Source of the DNA: Octopus sinensis
Taxonomy: Eukaryota
Reading direction: 5' to 3'
Length of the DNA: 64,000 nucleotides
NCBI RefSeq assembly: GCF_006345805.1
Contig: NC_042999.1
Coordinates: 153,264,001 to 153,328,000 of the forward strand
Part shown: positions 40,995 to 52,994 of the stretch, piece by piece
How the letters are laid out: every line of letters begins with the position of its first letter
How positions within the stretch are numbered: the first letter of the stretch is position 1
Notes under the pieces: model-generated
What the model was told of the DNA's origin: nothing
The model's input: only the letters and a program-made list of their open reading frames with translations
Database searches by the model: none
Program-made: the position numbers and the translations under genes

Positions 40995-41689
40995 TTACAT
41001 TTGGGCAAGTTGCTTCTAAGGTACTTGTAAGTATGCGAAATAGAAATTACGCTTGCTGTATGTAGGTCTTGAAAGGGACGGGAAGAGGGTAGGGGGAAAG
41101 TGTGCTTATAGGTAGTGGCTTAACAGGAAGTTAACGCTGGAAGAGTTACTTTGGTTTGAAGTAGAAATAACTCTGTACACATGTATGTCCTGTTTAGGTG
41201 TATTAGATGCAGGTCATGAGATGGTCTAAAGTTGGATTTTGTTGTGTTCCAGGGTTCACAAAAGAATTTTTGTAGATGGCGTAGCTGTGTGGTAAAAGGT
41301 TTGCCTTGCAACCACATGGTTCTGGGCTCAGTCCCACTGCGTGGCACCTTGATCGAGCGTCATCAACTATAGCCTCAGGCCGACCAAAGCCTTGTGAGTG
41401 GTTTTGGTAGATGAAAACTACGCACATACGCGCACACACACGCACGCATGCACATACACACACACACACAGATGTGTGCGACTGTTCCCCACAATCGCTT
41501 AGTAACCGGACTTGGTTAGATTATGTCCATGTAACATAGCAGTTCGGCAAAAGACACTGGTACTGAAAGTACCAGACTCAGAAGAATATAAGAAGTGTGG
41601 TCAGTTTGGTAGTGCCCCAGCATGGCCGCAGTCCAGTGACAGAAACAAGTAACAGACACCAAAACTAAAGAATTTGATGAAAATACGTG

Positions 41690-42300
41690 CATGTGTATGT
41701 GTGTGTGCGCGTGTGTTAGCTTGTGTGTGTGTGTTTTTTGTGTGTGTGTATAGGTCTGTGCACGTGTGTGTGTGCGTGCATGTGTGTGTAGGTGTGTGTA
41801 TGTGTTAGCTTGTGTGTGTGTGTTGTGCGTGTGTGTGTTGTGCGTGTGTGCGTGCGTGTCTGTGCGTGTGTGTATGTGTAGGTGTGTGTGTGCGTGTGTG
41901 TGTGTGTAGGTGTATGTGTTGTGTGTGAGCGTGTGTGTGTGTGTGTGTGCGTTTGTGTATGCGTCTGTGTGTGTGTGTGTGTGTGCGCGCGTATGTGTGT
42001 ATCAGCTTGTGTGTGTGTGTGTGTGTAGGTGTATGTGTTGTGTGTGAGTGTGTGTGTGTGTGTAGGTGTATGTGTGTGCATGTGTGTGTTAATGTGTGTG
42101 TGTGTGTGTGTGTACCTATGTGTGAGTATGAAGTAAGGAAAATGGTGCGGACAATGTGTTATCGATTTAGTAATGTTCTGTGGATAGAGAGAGAGAGAGG
42201 GAGAGGGATAGAGAATAGGAGAGAGAGAGAGAGAGAGGGAGGGAGGGAGAGAAGGAAAGTGACAGACGGAGAAAGAGAGAGGGAGTGGGAGGGGAAAGAG
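41690..42300. repeat. Long (TG)n followed by a (GA)-rich microsatellite
   Basis: Direct reading. Confidence 0.95.
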
Positions 42301-42574
42301 AAAGAGTATGGCTCCCACCCGCCCCTTCATTCTTCTAGAGTCGTCCAGATTGGATCCTTGTCTTCTTCTCTAAATAACACTCTGGCCCCTAAAATAAACA
42401 CGTCGTAAGGATTTACTTCCCAAACGGGTCCATTTGTTTTTTTCCTTTTTCAATAATTTGTTTTTTTGCTTTATTTTATTTTAATTTTTAGTTGTTACTT
42501 TTAATTTCCTGTTATCGAAATGAAGGCCGAGGGTGATACTGTGGAGATGGTGGTTGTGGTGGTGGTAATAGCAA

Positions 42575-42641
<67 letters not shown>

Positions 42642-42671
42642 TGTCGTAGTAATAGTAGTAGTAGCAGCAGC

Positions 42672-42704
<33 letters not shown>

Positions 42705-43075
42705 TGTCGTAGTAATAGTAGTAGTAGCAGCAGCAGTAGTAATAGTAGTAGTAGTAGTGTAGTAGTAGTAGTAGTAGTAGTAGTAGCAGCAGCAGCAGTA
42801 GTAATAGTAGTAGTAGTAGTGGTAGTAGTAGTAGTAGTTGCGGCAGCAGCAGTAGTAATAGTAGTAGTAGTAGTAGTAGTAGTAGCAGTAGTAGTAGTAG
42901 TAGCGGCAGCAGCAACAGCAGTAGTAGTAGTAGTAGCAGCGGCAGTAGTAGTAGTAGTAGTAGTAGTAGTAGCAGCAGCAGTAGCAGAGTAGCAGTAGCA
43001 GCAGCAGTAGTAGTAGTAGTAATAGTAGTAGTAATAGTAGTAGTAGTAATAGTAGTAATAGTAGTAGTAGTAGTT
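42575..43075. repeat. (TAG)n/(CAG)n trinucleotide tract
   Basis: Direct reading; source of the poly-V/L/Y/T ORFs. Confidence 0.97.
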
Positions 43076-43786
43076 GACGATCTTAAGTGTTGATGATTTT
43101 TCTGTTTCTTTAATTGTTCTTTTTCGGTTTTTACTTTTCTCCTCCTCCTCCTCCTCCTCCTCTCCGTCCCTCCAATGCTCTTCTGGTTGTTTCCGTTAAT
43201 CATTTTACAGGACACATCTTATGGCTAGAAATGTGTACAGTGTGACGTTGCGGGGGTGATAGTAAGTGGAAGATGTGATGTGGAGGGAGGAAGAGGAAGA
43301 GGTGGAGGAAAATAGTTTGTTTTGATTGTGTCACAGTTATGATGCGCCCCCTATAGAATAAATAGTCTTAGATTTCTCACCATAGCACAGGGGCCAATCC
43401 CGGTCAAATTGGGATCTTGTTTCGATGAGGTACAAAGGACCAGTGTTTTAGAGATAGATAAATGGAAAGAGAGAAAGGAGAAAGAGAGAGAGGGGAGAAC
43501 AGAGAGATAGAAAAAATAAAGATAGATAGATAAGGAGATTGATGGATAGGCAGCATGTTTATGAGAGAGAGTGAGAGAGAGAGAGGAAGAGAGTGAGTAT
43601 GCCTGTGTGAGAGTGAATGATTGACTACGTGTGAGGAGCAGAGGGATTGTGTGTGCGTGAGAGAGAGAGAGAGAGAGAAAGGGAAGCAGAGAAAAAGAAA
43701 GATTGCCGTCCCTCTATTTACCTAAAGCTTCAGCCGTCATATGTATAAATATGTTATATTTCTGATGTAGGAAAAAACGGCCAACT

Positions 43787-43824
<38 letters not shown>

Positions 43825-43881
43825 CAAAAACATATCTACTAATAGAGAAGCAAGTCTGGGAAAAGCCGAAGATCGAGTGGG

Positions 43882-43930
43882 CTTAACTGATGAGGCAACG
43901 GAAATTGCCGAAACTGACGTCAGTATTAAG
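43882..43930 (+). ncRNA. Type I hammerhead ribozyme motif, apparently intact
   Basis: CTTAA-CTGATGA-GGCAA(cggaaa)TTGCC-GAAA-CTGACGTCAG-TA|TTAAG: complete core, 5-bp helix I, 5-bp helix II, palindromic helix III (ACTGACGTCAGT), GUA cleavage triplet (cut after 43925). Confidence 0.88.
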
Positions 43931-45084
43931 AATTCTCGGACGATTACGGTCCCTATTAGTGTATATGTTTCCATTCGTGTGCGTTAACTACAGCAATAGA
44001 GTGGTTTAGTTCTTATTTCTAGCAATGTAGGTGTTTCTTAACACCCTAGTGGCATTTAGTGACAATTATAATTTCCCATTTTGGTGAAACATTGCAAACT
44101 GCTGTTTATATTAATTAATCATATATATAAACTTGCGCGCGCACGACGAATTTGTTTGGTCACAGACGACTCTTGTTCGAATTGCCACGCTGTGGGATGG
44201 GATGTAAACCTCTCACCACACAATCACGCCTGCGCCTACACATACTATTTTAAAACGAGACAGCCATGGTTGGAATGCCAGTAAGCATACATCTTCTTTA
44301 TCGGGAACTTTTGAGGATATTGATCAACAACAACAACAACAACAACAACAAGGACAAGGAGATTGTAATGTGGTTTCAATATCAGGTTGAAGCTAATTAA
44401 CCACACAAACTGTAAATGGTTTTGAGGAAACCATAAGCGTCACTATATAGCCTTTCTCTGTCATCAATGTACAGGACACTAGACATGGAAAAAAAAAAAA
44501 AAAAACGAATAAAAAAAACCCCTAAAAAAGACTAATATTATTCTAGTCATCCCAGCCACGGCCAGCCATGAAAAATAACGAACTTTCATAGTAAAGATGA
44601 ACTTAAGATTTCTTAGTCTTTGTTCAAGAAATATTCGATGAGTTCGTGACTAGGATGCGGGTGAAGAATAAATATTTTAACAACAGGAATGTAATTAGAA
44701 TGACAGAATAAGGGTAAATATTTATTCTTGTGATCACTTATTCCTTACCAATCGTCGCAGTAACAAAACCAACATAAGTCACTCGTGTCGTTCGTCTTAA
44801 TTGTTGAGGTTTCATGTGCAATCTTGCTTTTTTTGGTCGATACAGCAGAGACTGTAACTGGTGAGACATGAGCAGATGAAGGAACAGCCATACACACACA
44901 CACACACGCACGCGCGCGCGCACAAGCTACCATCATCGTCATGTGCCGTACTCTGATATCCGGCTCGACGACCAAATACTTCCACGACGACAGAGAGCAA
45001 ATGCTTGTCTTGGAGTAAAGGGTCACTGACTGACAGGGGTTTCCCACGTCCTTCTCACAACGCAGCGCAACCGATTCTAAGAGA

Positions 45085-45570
45085 GAGCGAAAGAGGGAGA
45101 GAGAGAGAGACAAACAGACAAACAGACAGACAGACAGGCAGTCAGATAGACAGAGGGAGTGAGAGAAAGGGAAGATAGATAGACAGACAGTGAGAGGGAG
45201 AGAGAAACAGACAGACAGAGGGAGTGAGAGAGAGACAGACAGAAGGAGTGAAAGAGAGACAGACAGGTACAGGGAGTGAGAGAGAGAGAGAGAGAGACAG
45301 CTAGACAGAGGGAGTGACAGAGAGAGACAGATAGACAGATAGAGGGAGTGAGAGAGAGGGAGAGATAGAGACAGACAGAAGGAGTGAGAAAGAAAGAGAG
45401 ACAAACAGAAGGAGCGAATGAGAGAGACAGACAGCTGACAGAGGGAGTGAGAGAGAAGGGAGAGACAAACAGACAGACAGACAGACAGTGGGAGTGAGAG
45501 AGAGGGAGAGAGAGACATAGACACAGAGAGACAGAGGGAGTGAGAGAGAGAGAGAGACAGGAGAGAGACC
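45085..45570. repeat. (GA)/(GACA) purine-rich tract
   Basis: Direct reading. Confidence 0.93.
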
Positions 45571-46437
45571 AGGACTTTCTTGTTGGTGTTTAAAGCCAGT
45601 TAAATATTGATCGAGAAAAACTATGACCAAAGACGTTCCAGTTTTGACCATTCCATAATTTTTTGCATTTATGACCATATTCTCTAACATGTCCATTCTT
45701 TTTTCTGCCGGTCGATTGTTATTTAAGAGAGATTTGGAACCAGATGGGGTTAACACGCAGAGGTTCTCCTGATGGTATGTGTGAAGGTAAATATCTACTA
45801 TATTGTAGTAAAATTGGTGCAAGCTTATTTGATGAAGTAAACCATGTAGTTAAAATTATGACCTTACTGATGAGAATAATCACAATCTAAAATACTAGAG
45901 GAGAAGACTCTGAAATTTTAATTAATTCAAACTAATTAAACATGAAATGCAATGAGGAATGAGCATGATCATCTCAGATTTTGTAGATATCCACATTTAA
46001 AACTGTAGTGTTCACAAATTCCCAATGTCCTCGTCAACAAAACTCATCTAACGTTTTATCAACGCAGTTGTCGACATTAAACTGTAACTGGACCAATTCC
46101 AATGTCTCTAATTAGCTTTAATCAAATACAACCGATATATTTCGAGAAGATTAATTATATTCTACGCTGGAAAGAGCTATTATAGAAACGCAAGATAGAA
46201 GGAAAAAAACCAAAGGTATGTTTGTTTGCCATGAGCAGAGGAAACATTTTACATTTCAGGAACAGAAATCTTTATTAAAGCAAAAAATATACGTCATTTT
46301 TATTTCCTTCCTGTTGCTAACCCTAATTAGCTTACCATGCCAATAAGATAGATCGACAAATTTACTCTTCTTTGTGAATTTATGTGTTAATTTATTTCTT
46401 CAATTTAAACGTCCCTGTAAAGCTAGTAAATCATGAT

Positions 46438-46496
<59 letters not shown>

Positions 46497-47501
46497 CATA
46501 CATACACACACACACATACATATATACACTAGAGATTCTCTTTTACTTGTTTCAGTCATTTGACTGCGGCCATGCTGGAGCACCGCCTTTAATCGAGCAA
46601 ATCGACCCCGGGACTTATTCTTTGTAAGCCCAGTACTTATTCTATCGGTCTCTTTTGCCGAACCGCTAAGTGACGGGGACATAAACACACCAGCATCGGT
46701 TGTCGAGCAATGCTAGGGGGACAAACACAGACACACTAACATACACGCACACATAAATATATATATAGATATATACGACGGGTTTCTTTCAGTTTCCGTC
46801 TACCAAATCCACTCACAAAGCTTTGGTCGGCCTGAGGCTATAGTCGAAGACACTTGCCCAAGGTGCCACGCAGTGGGACTGAACCCGGAACCATGTGGCT
46901 GGAAAGCAAGCTACTTACCACACAGCAACTCCTGCGCCTATATATATATATATACGACAGGCTTCTTTCAGTTTCCGTCTACCAAATCCACTCACAAGGC
47001 TTTGGTCGGCCTGAGGCTATAGTCGAAGACACTTGCCCAAGGTGCCACGCAGTGGGACTGAACCCGGAACCATGTGGCTGGAAAGCAAGCTACTTACCAC
47101 ACAGCAACTCCTGCGCCTATATTATTCTTGGCTTTGGATAACAGAAAATACAGGAGGACCAGTTAATTGTGATTTTATTCAGCATATTCCCCTCTCAGAT
47201 TCGCACCCTTATTGCAGCGGTCCTTCAGTTTTTCTAAGCCCTGTAAAAGAACTCGGTAGGTTGGGCCCCCAGCCAGACCTTTCGCGATACCCTTAAAGCC
47301 AGGAACTTTTTAGCACCCTCTCATGCACACATATATGCATGCATGCATACATTGGGGCCCGACTTTGCCTTTCATCCTTTCGGGGTCGATTAAATAAGTA
47401 CCAGTCACACACTGGGGTCGATATAATCGACATAATCCCTTTGTCTGTCCTTGTTTGTTCCCTCTATGTTTAGCCCCTTGTGGGTAGTAAAGAAATAGGG
47501 A

Positions 47502-47645
47502 TATGTAACACACTGCCTAAATACCAATCTTGAGAAATTAGGCTTCTCAAAACTAGAAAGGAGAAAGCTAATTCAAAGACTACAGATCCAATCCATCACT
47601 GGAACTGTAAAAATCTGTAAAACTTTCCAGAAGTTTATCATTTAA
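47502..47645 (+). mobile_element. Extreme C-terminus of an RLE-type LINE ORF followed by an (ATAC)n tail
   Basis: GYVTHCLNTNLEKLGFSKLERRKLIQRLQIQSITGTVKICKTFQKFII*, then (CATA)n at about 47690-47910. Confidence 0.5.
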
Positions 47646-47863
47646 GTATATATGAGCATGTGTAGATATGCAACTATATCCATGGGAATACATACATAAA
47701 ACATACAAATCTGCACATACATACACACACACACACATACATACATACATACATACATACATACATACATACATACTACATACTTACATACATACATACA
47801 TACTTTCATACATACATACATACATACATACATACATACATACATACATACATACATACATAC

Positions 47864-47894
<31 letters not shown>

Positions 47895-48009
47895 CATACA
47901 TACATACATTATGTTGGACCGCTGAAAACTTCACATTTTACACGCTAAATACAAGCTCTGGATACAGTCTCTAGTCATACTGGCATTTTATAGATGTAGT
48001 CTTAAGTAA

Positions 48010-48345
48010 TTCTTGTATTCTCAGCTTATAGTCATTCCTATATTCTACAGGCAAAGATTTTAGTAATTTCTCTATTCTTCGAACATAGTTTATAGCCATT
48101 CTCGTATTCTCAAGACGCAACTTATAGTCATTCCTAATTTCTACAGGCGCAGATTTTAGTCAGTCTTCTATTCTTTGAACACAGTTTATAGCCATTCTTG
48201 TATTCTCAAGACTCAGCTTATAGTCATTCCTATATTCTACAGGCACAGATTTTAGTCAATCTTCTATTCTTTGAACACAGTTTATAGTCATTCTTGTATT
48301 CTCAAGGCTCACCTTACAGTCATTCTTATAGTCTATAGGTACAGT
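48010..48345. repeat. Minisatellite, 96-bp unit x about 3.5
   Basis: CTTA(T/C)AGTCATTC anchors at 48025, 48121, 48217 and 48313; stops in the frames tested. Confidence 0.88.
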
Positions 48346-48752
48346 TTTTTTTAGTTTTTCCTGTATTCTTTGGACAAATTTGACAGTAACCTCTGCGTTG
48401 TCCTGAGTCTTCTGAGGAATTCCTTACACCCAATTTTTAACCCCGTTTTCACTTGAAGCCGATAAGGGGCTGCATTTCCTCTTTGGAGAGGATATCAATC
48501 TATTACAAGAAACATTACGGAACGATCTGCTCCTGATTCCTCACATACTCTTTTACTCTTTTACTTGTTTCAGTCATTTGACTGCGGCCATGCTGGAGCA
48601 CCGCCTTTAGTCGAGCAAATCGACCCCGGGACTTATTCTTTGTAAGCCTAGTACTTATTCTATCGGTCTCTTCTGCCGAACCGCTAAGTGACGGGGACGT
48701 AAACACACCAGAATTGGTTGTCAAGCAATGCTAGGGGGACAAACACAGAAAA

Positions 48753-48783
<31 letters not shown>

Positions 48784-49404
48784 CATATATACGACAGGCT
48801 TCTTTCAGTTTCCGTCTACCAAATCCACTCACAAGGCATTGGTCGGCCCGGGGCTATAGCAGAAGACACTTGCCCAAGATGCCACGCAGTGGGACTGAAC
48901 CCGGAACCATGTGGTTGGTTTGCAAGCTACTTACCACACAGCCACTCCTGCGCCTGGATAAATGTGAACAATGTCTAAATTACAAGTGTCCCAAATAGAA
49001 CGCAATGGAAACTGTGTTCCATTCAACCGATTTGAAACCGTGGCCCGTGAATTAAGGGCACAATGCGTTATTCCGTTGGCTACATTACCTCTTCTTGCAT
49101 CCACTGCTGGCTGAGCAAGACTCAAACGCCTTTATCTCCAGAGGTTCCTGGTAAGTGGGGATGGAGAAATATTGGTTTCAAATTTTGGCACAAGCCCAGC
49201 AATTTTGAGGGGAGGGGATAAATCGATTACATCGACCTCAGTGCTCAACTGGTACTTATTCTATGGACCCCTAAAAGATCCTTTCTACTGGAAGCACAAA
49301 TACAGTTCTATATTTAAGAGATGAGGAATTATGTACATTATTTACATTTGACGGATATTTGACAAACAAGATGAGGAAAAATATCCGTCAAATGTAAATA
49401 ATGG

Positions 49405-49770
49405 AAGCACAAAGGGGGAAGGGATTAAGTCGATTACATCGCCCCCAATGCGTAACTGGTACTAATTTTATCGACCCCAAAAGGATGGAAGGCAAAGTCG
49501 ACCTCGGTGGAATTTGAACACAAAACGCAACGTCAGATGAGATACCTATTTCTTTACTACCCACAAGGGGCTAAACACAGAGGACAATCAAGGACAGACA
49601 GACGGATTAAGTCGATTACATCGACCCCAGTACGTAACTGGTACTTAATTTATCGACCCCGGAAGGATGAAAGGCAAAGTCGACCTCGGCGGAATTTGAA
49701 CTCAGAACGTAACGGCAGACGAAATACCGCTAAGCATTTCGCCCGGCGTGATAACGATTCTGCCAGCTCG
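49405..49770 (-). mobile_element. SINE family B dimer
   Basis: Junction CAGATGAGATAC|CTATTTCTTTACTACCCAC (about 49534-49564); the right unit is near consensus with CpGs intact. Confidence 0.85.
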
Positions 49771-49822
49771 TACTGCCTTCATGGCCCTCAATTTGGACTC
49801 AGAACACAAATGGACATCCTAG

Positions 49823-49889
49823 TACTCAAGTTTCGGACTTTCCAGAATACGTTCGTTATCGTAAAACTGATTGGTCCATGTCAGTGAAG
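49823..49889 (-). ncRNA. Paralogous decayed hammerhead (core mutated to CTGACAT; helix III and GUA retained)
   Basis: Minus strand: CTTCA-CTGACAT-GGAC...GTCC-GAAA-CTTGAG-TA|CTAGG. Same sequence family as 52553-52612; the downstream arm does not pair with CTTCA. Confidence 0.5.
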
Positions 49890-52497
49890 CTTTACCTAGT
49901 GTCGAACGGTTATCGCACGCTATTTTCAGCAAAAACTGGTACCTTGTTGTGCCACTATTTCCTACGTATGTGTGTACACACACACATATGCACATGTGTG
50001 TGTTGTCTTTCTGCCCGTGTTTGTCCCCCACTATCACTTGACAACCGGTGTAGGTGTGTTTACGTCTCCGTAACTTAGCGATTCGGCAAATGTGACCTAT
50101 AGAATCAAGCTTAAAAGAAAATAAGTACCACTGATATTGTTGGGCATTTTTCCCGGCGCTGTAACGAATCTGCCAGCTCCCCACATTGAGATGGAGAAAT
50201 AGTGCAATTACAGAGCAGAATCGATATTTTTGGCAGTTTTTTTTGGGGGGGGGGCGGGGGTTTCAAGTGTTTACTGTAATGAAATTTACTGGAACAACGA
50301 GTTGGGTCTATGATTTGTAACTTGGTTTCTCTTCGCCATCACATAGACATTATTATCATCTCAATTAATGTTTCATTATGTAACAAACTCAATCCGGATC
50401 AGTGTTTGATGTGATTCTTCAAGGAACAACATCAACGAGTATCTTGCTGCGAAAGTGTATATGTGTCTGGGGGTTGTGGGGGTGGAATATCAAGATTTCT
50501 AACAATTATCTTTATTAATTTGCTCTTTGCTTTCACAATTCGAAATTTTCTTTATTTCTTTGCCCCCCTTTTTTTTGACAAGATTCTTGTATGATCCCAA
50601 GAGTTAAATTCAAAATTAAAAGCAATTAAATTCTTGTGATTATAATTTTTTATTCATATTTCAATTATTAATTATTTAATTAGTTATTTAAAATTGAAGA
50701 ACGCTTCCGATTCAAAGAGGGGAAATTTTGATGAATAATCAATAATTATATTTAATGTTCTGCGAAAGTAAAAATAAAATAGATATAAAAAAATTTTTTA
50801 AATAAAAACATTTTTAAAACGTGTTAACAAAAAGGCCATTCCTTTCTTTCGCGTTGCCTTAATTATTTTCTTCCTCTCAAGAATATTTTCAACAATATGA
50901 CTGCAACTGTTAAGCTGTACTCTTGGAATGGTAAAAAAAAAAGCCTTCTGGCCGATACCTCGTAGACAGAATTAGTCCATGATTTTGGTTGGTTGGAATT
51001 GTAAGGTGCCATTTAAAGAGTGCCATCGTGATTCTCATTCCCTAAACATTTATTTTTTTATTTGTTTTTGTTTTTCAATATTTTCTTTCTGTTTTTTTTT
51101 TTTTTTCCTAATTAACTTTCTGTATTTTCTTATTTCGCCACTGTTTCAGTTTGTTCTTTCGGTGGTGGTGGTGGTGGTGGTTATGGCTGTCACTGTTGTT
51201 TCACTAATACCACCACTACCACCACCATTACCATTAATAACCCCACCACCACCACCAGAACCGCCGCCGCTACCACCAAAATTAACATCACAATATTCTA
51301 AATTGTTTGATTAAATCAATTTTTCCCATAAAATTTTTAAATCTCACTTTCATATCTCTTATTTCAGTATCTATAGAGTCGACAGAGGCTTGGGTTCGAT
51401 CCCAGGTCGCAACTATTTCTGCTACAGCGAATTGGCAGCAGAGTTCAATTTCTGCAACAGCGGATTGGCAATAGGGTTCAATTTTGAGTCGCATCTGTTT
51501 TACCTAATGTTGCTGTTTTATCGGTCACGCCTCTCATTTCTTCAACTATTGAAATAAATAAATCGAGCACCCATTAATGGATATTTCTGATACTGAATGC
51601 GCGTGGCTTAGTAGTTAGGGAATACGGCTCACGATTGTAAGGTTGCGAGTTCGATTTCCATCGGCGCGTTGTCAAAATTTCGGGCAATATCAAGATTTCT
51701 AGCAATTATCTTTATTAATTTACTCTCTGCTTTTATAATTTAAAATTTCCTTTCCTTCTTCCCCCACACCTTTTTTATAAGATTCTTGAATGATTCCAAC
51801 AATTAAATTCAAAATTAAAAGCAATTAAATTCTTGTGATTATAATTACTTATAGTTACGTCCACTCAACAGGAACACATGAGTCGTACCTGTAATTCAAT
51901 GGGACAGCCTTGTCACATTTTGTGTCATGCTGAATCTCATTGAGAACTACATTAAGAGTACGTGTATCTGTGGAGTACACAGCCACTTGCACGTTAATTT
52001 CACGAGCAGGCTGTTCGGTTGATCGGATCAACTTTAAGCCTCGTCGTCGTATCTAACGGAGTGTCAGTTTGTTTCGTTTGGTTTTTCTTCCTCAGATGGT
52101 GAAAGAGTCCAGCAATGGAACCGATTACCCATTGAAGAATTCGTCTGGTAAATATGTCCATTTTTGTGCGTCAGAGGAAATCGAAACATACCAGTGGAGG
52201 CTGAATATGTCTAATCATGCAGTTGCTACTATATACTTACCACTGATGACGTTCAAAGAAGCAGAAATGCGTATTTCATAAGGTTTTCGAAGTTTCTAAA
52301 CCCTTTTCGTTTGATCGTGATATACTTCTATGATTTTCAGCCCTATACGTAGCTGAATAGTGAGAAGCTTGCTTCCCAACAACATAATTCCGGGTTCAGT
52401 CCCACTGTGTGACACCTTGGGCAAGTGTCTTCTACTATAGTCTCGGGTGGACCAAAGCCTTGTGGGTGGATTTGGTAGACAGAAACTGAAAGAAGCT

Positions 52498-52552
<55 letters not shown>

Positions 52553-52555
<3 letters not shown>

Positions 52556-52612
52556 TCGGACTTTCCAGAATACGTTTGTTATCGTATAACTGATTGGTCC
52601 TCATCAGTGAAG
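52553..52612 (-). ncRNA. Partial hammerhead motif (core plus extended helix II; helix III lost to (TA)n)
   Basis: Minus strand: CTTCA-CTGATGA-GGAC(caatcagttatacgataacaaacgtattctggaaa)GTCC-GAAAC, then (TA)n. Inner pairs CAG/CTG and ATACG/CGTAT extend helix II. Confidence 0.62.
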
Positions 52613-52994
52613 TTTTACCTCGTGTCGAACGGATATCGACTGCTATTTCCAGCAAAAACTGGTACCTTGTTGTGCCACTATTTCCTATGTATGTATGTAT
52701 ATATATATATATATATATGTATACACACACATACACATGTACAAGTGTGTGTTGTCTTTCTGTCTGTGTCTGTCCCCAACTACCACTTGACAACGGATGT
52801 TGTTGTGTTTACGTCTCTGTAACTTAGCGGTTCAGCAAAAGCGACCTATAGAATCAAACTTAAAAGAAAATAAGTACTTGGGTGGATTCATTTCGCTAAA
52901 ATTCTTCAAGGTGGCCGCAGTCTAATGGCTGAGACAAGTATAAGCTAAAAGATAATACTGCTTCTATTGCCAGTAACAAAATATTTATTTCTGT

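Noticed and set aside
43211-43261. Candidate 51-bp micro-exon (ttttacAG ... GTAAGT)
   Set aside because: Stop codons in all three frames and no linked exons.
45570-45830. Minus-strand protein-like ORF segment (..MLENMVINAKNYGMVKTGTSLVIVF..)
   Set aside because: No family motif recognised and no splice partners; it may be transposon debris.
52243-52275. CTGATGA...GAAATGCGTA
   Set aside because: Helix II cannot close and helix I does not pair. Similar chance cores at 45868, 13973, 8007 and 63346-63392 were rejected for the same reason.
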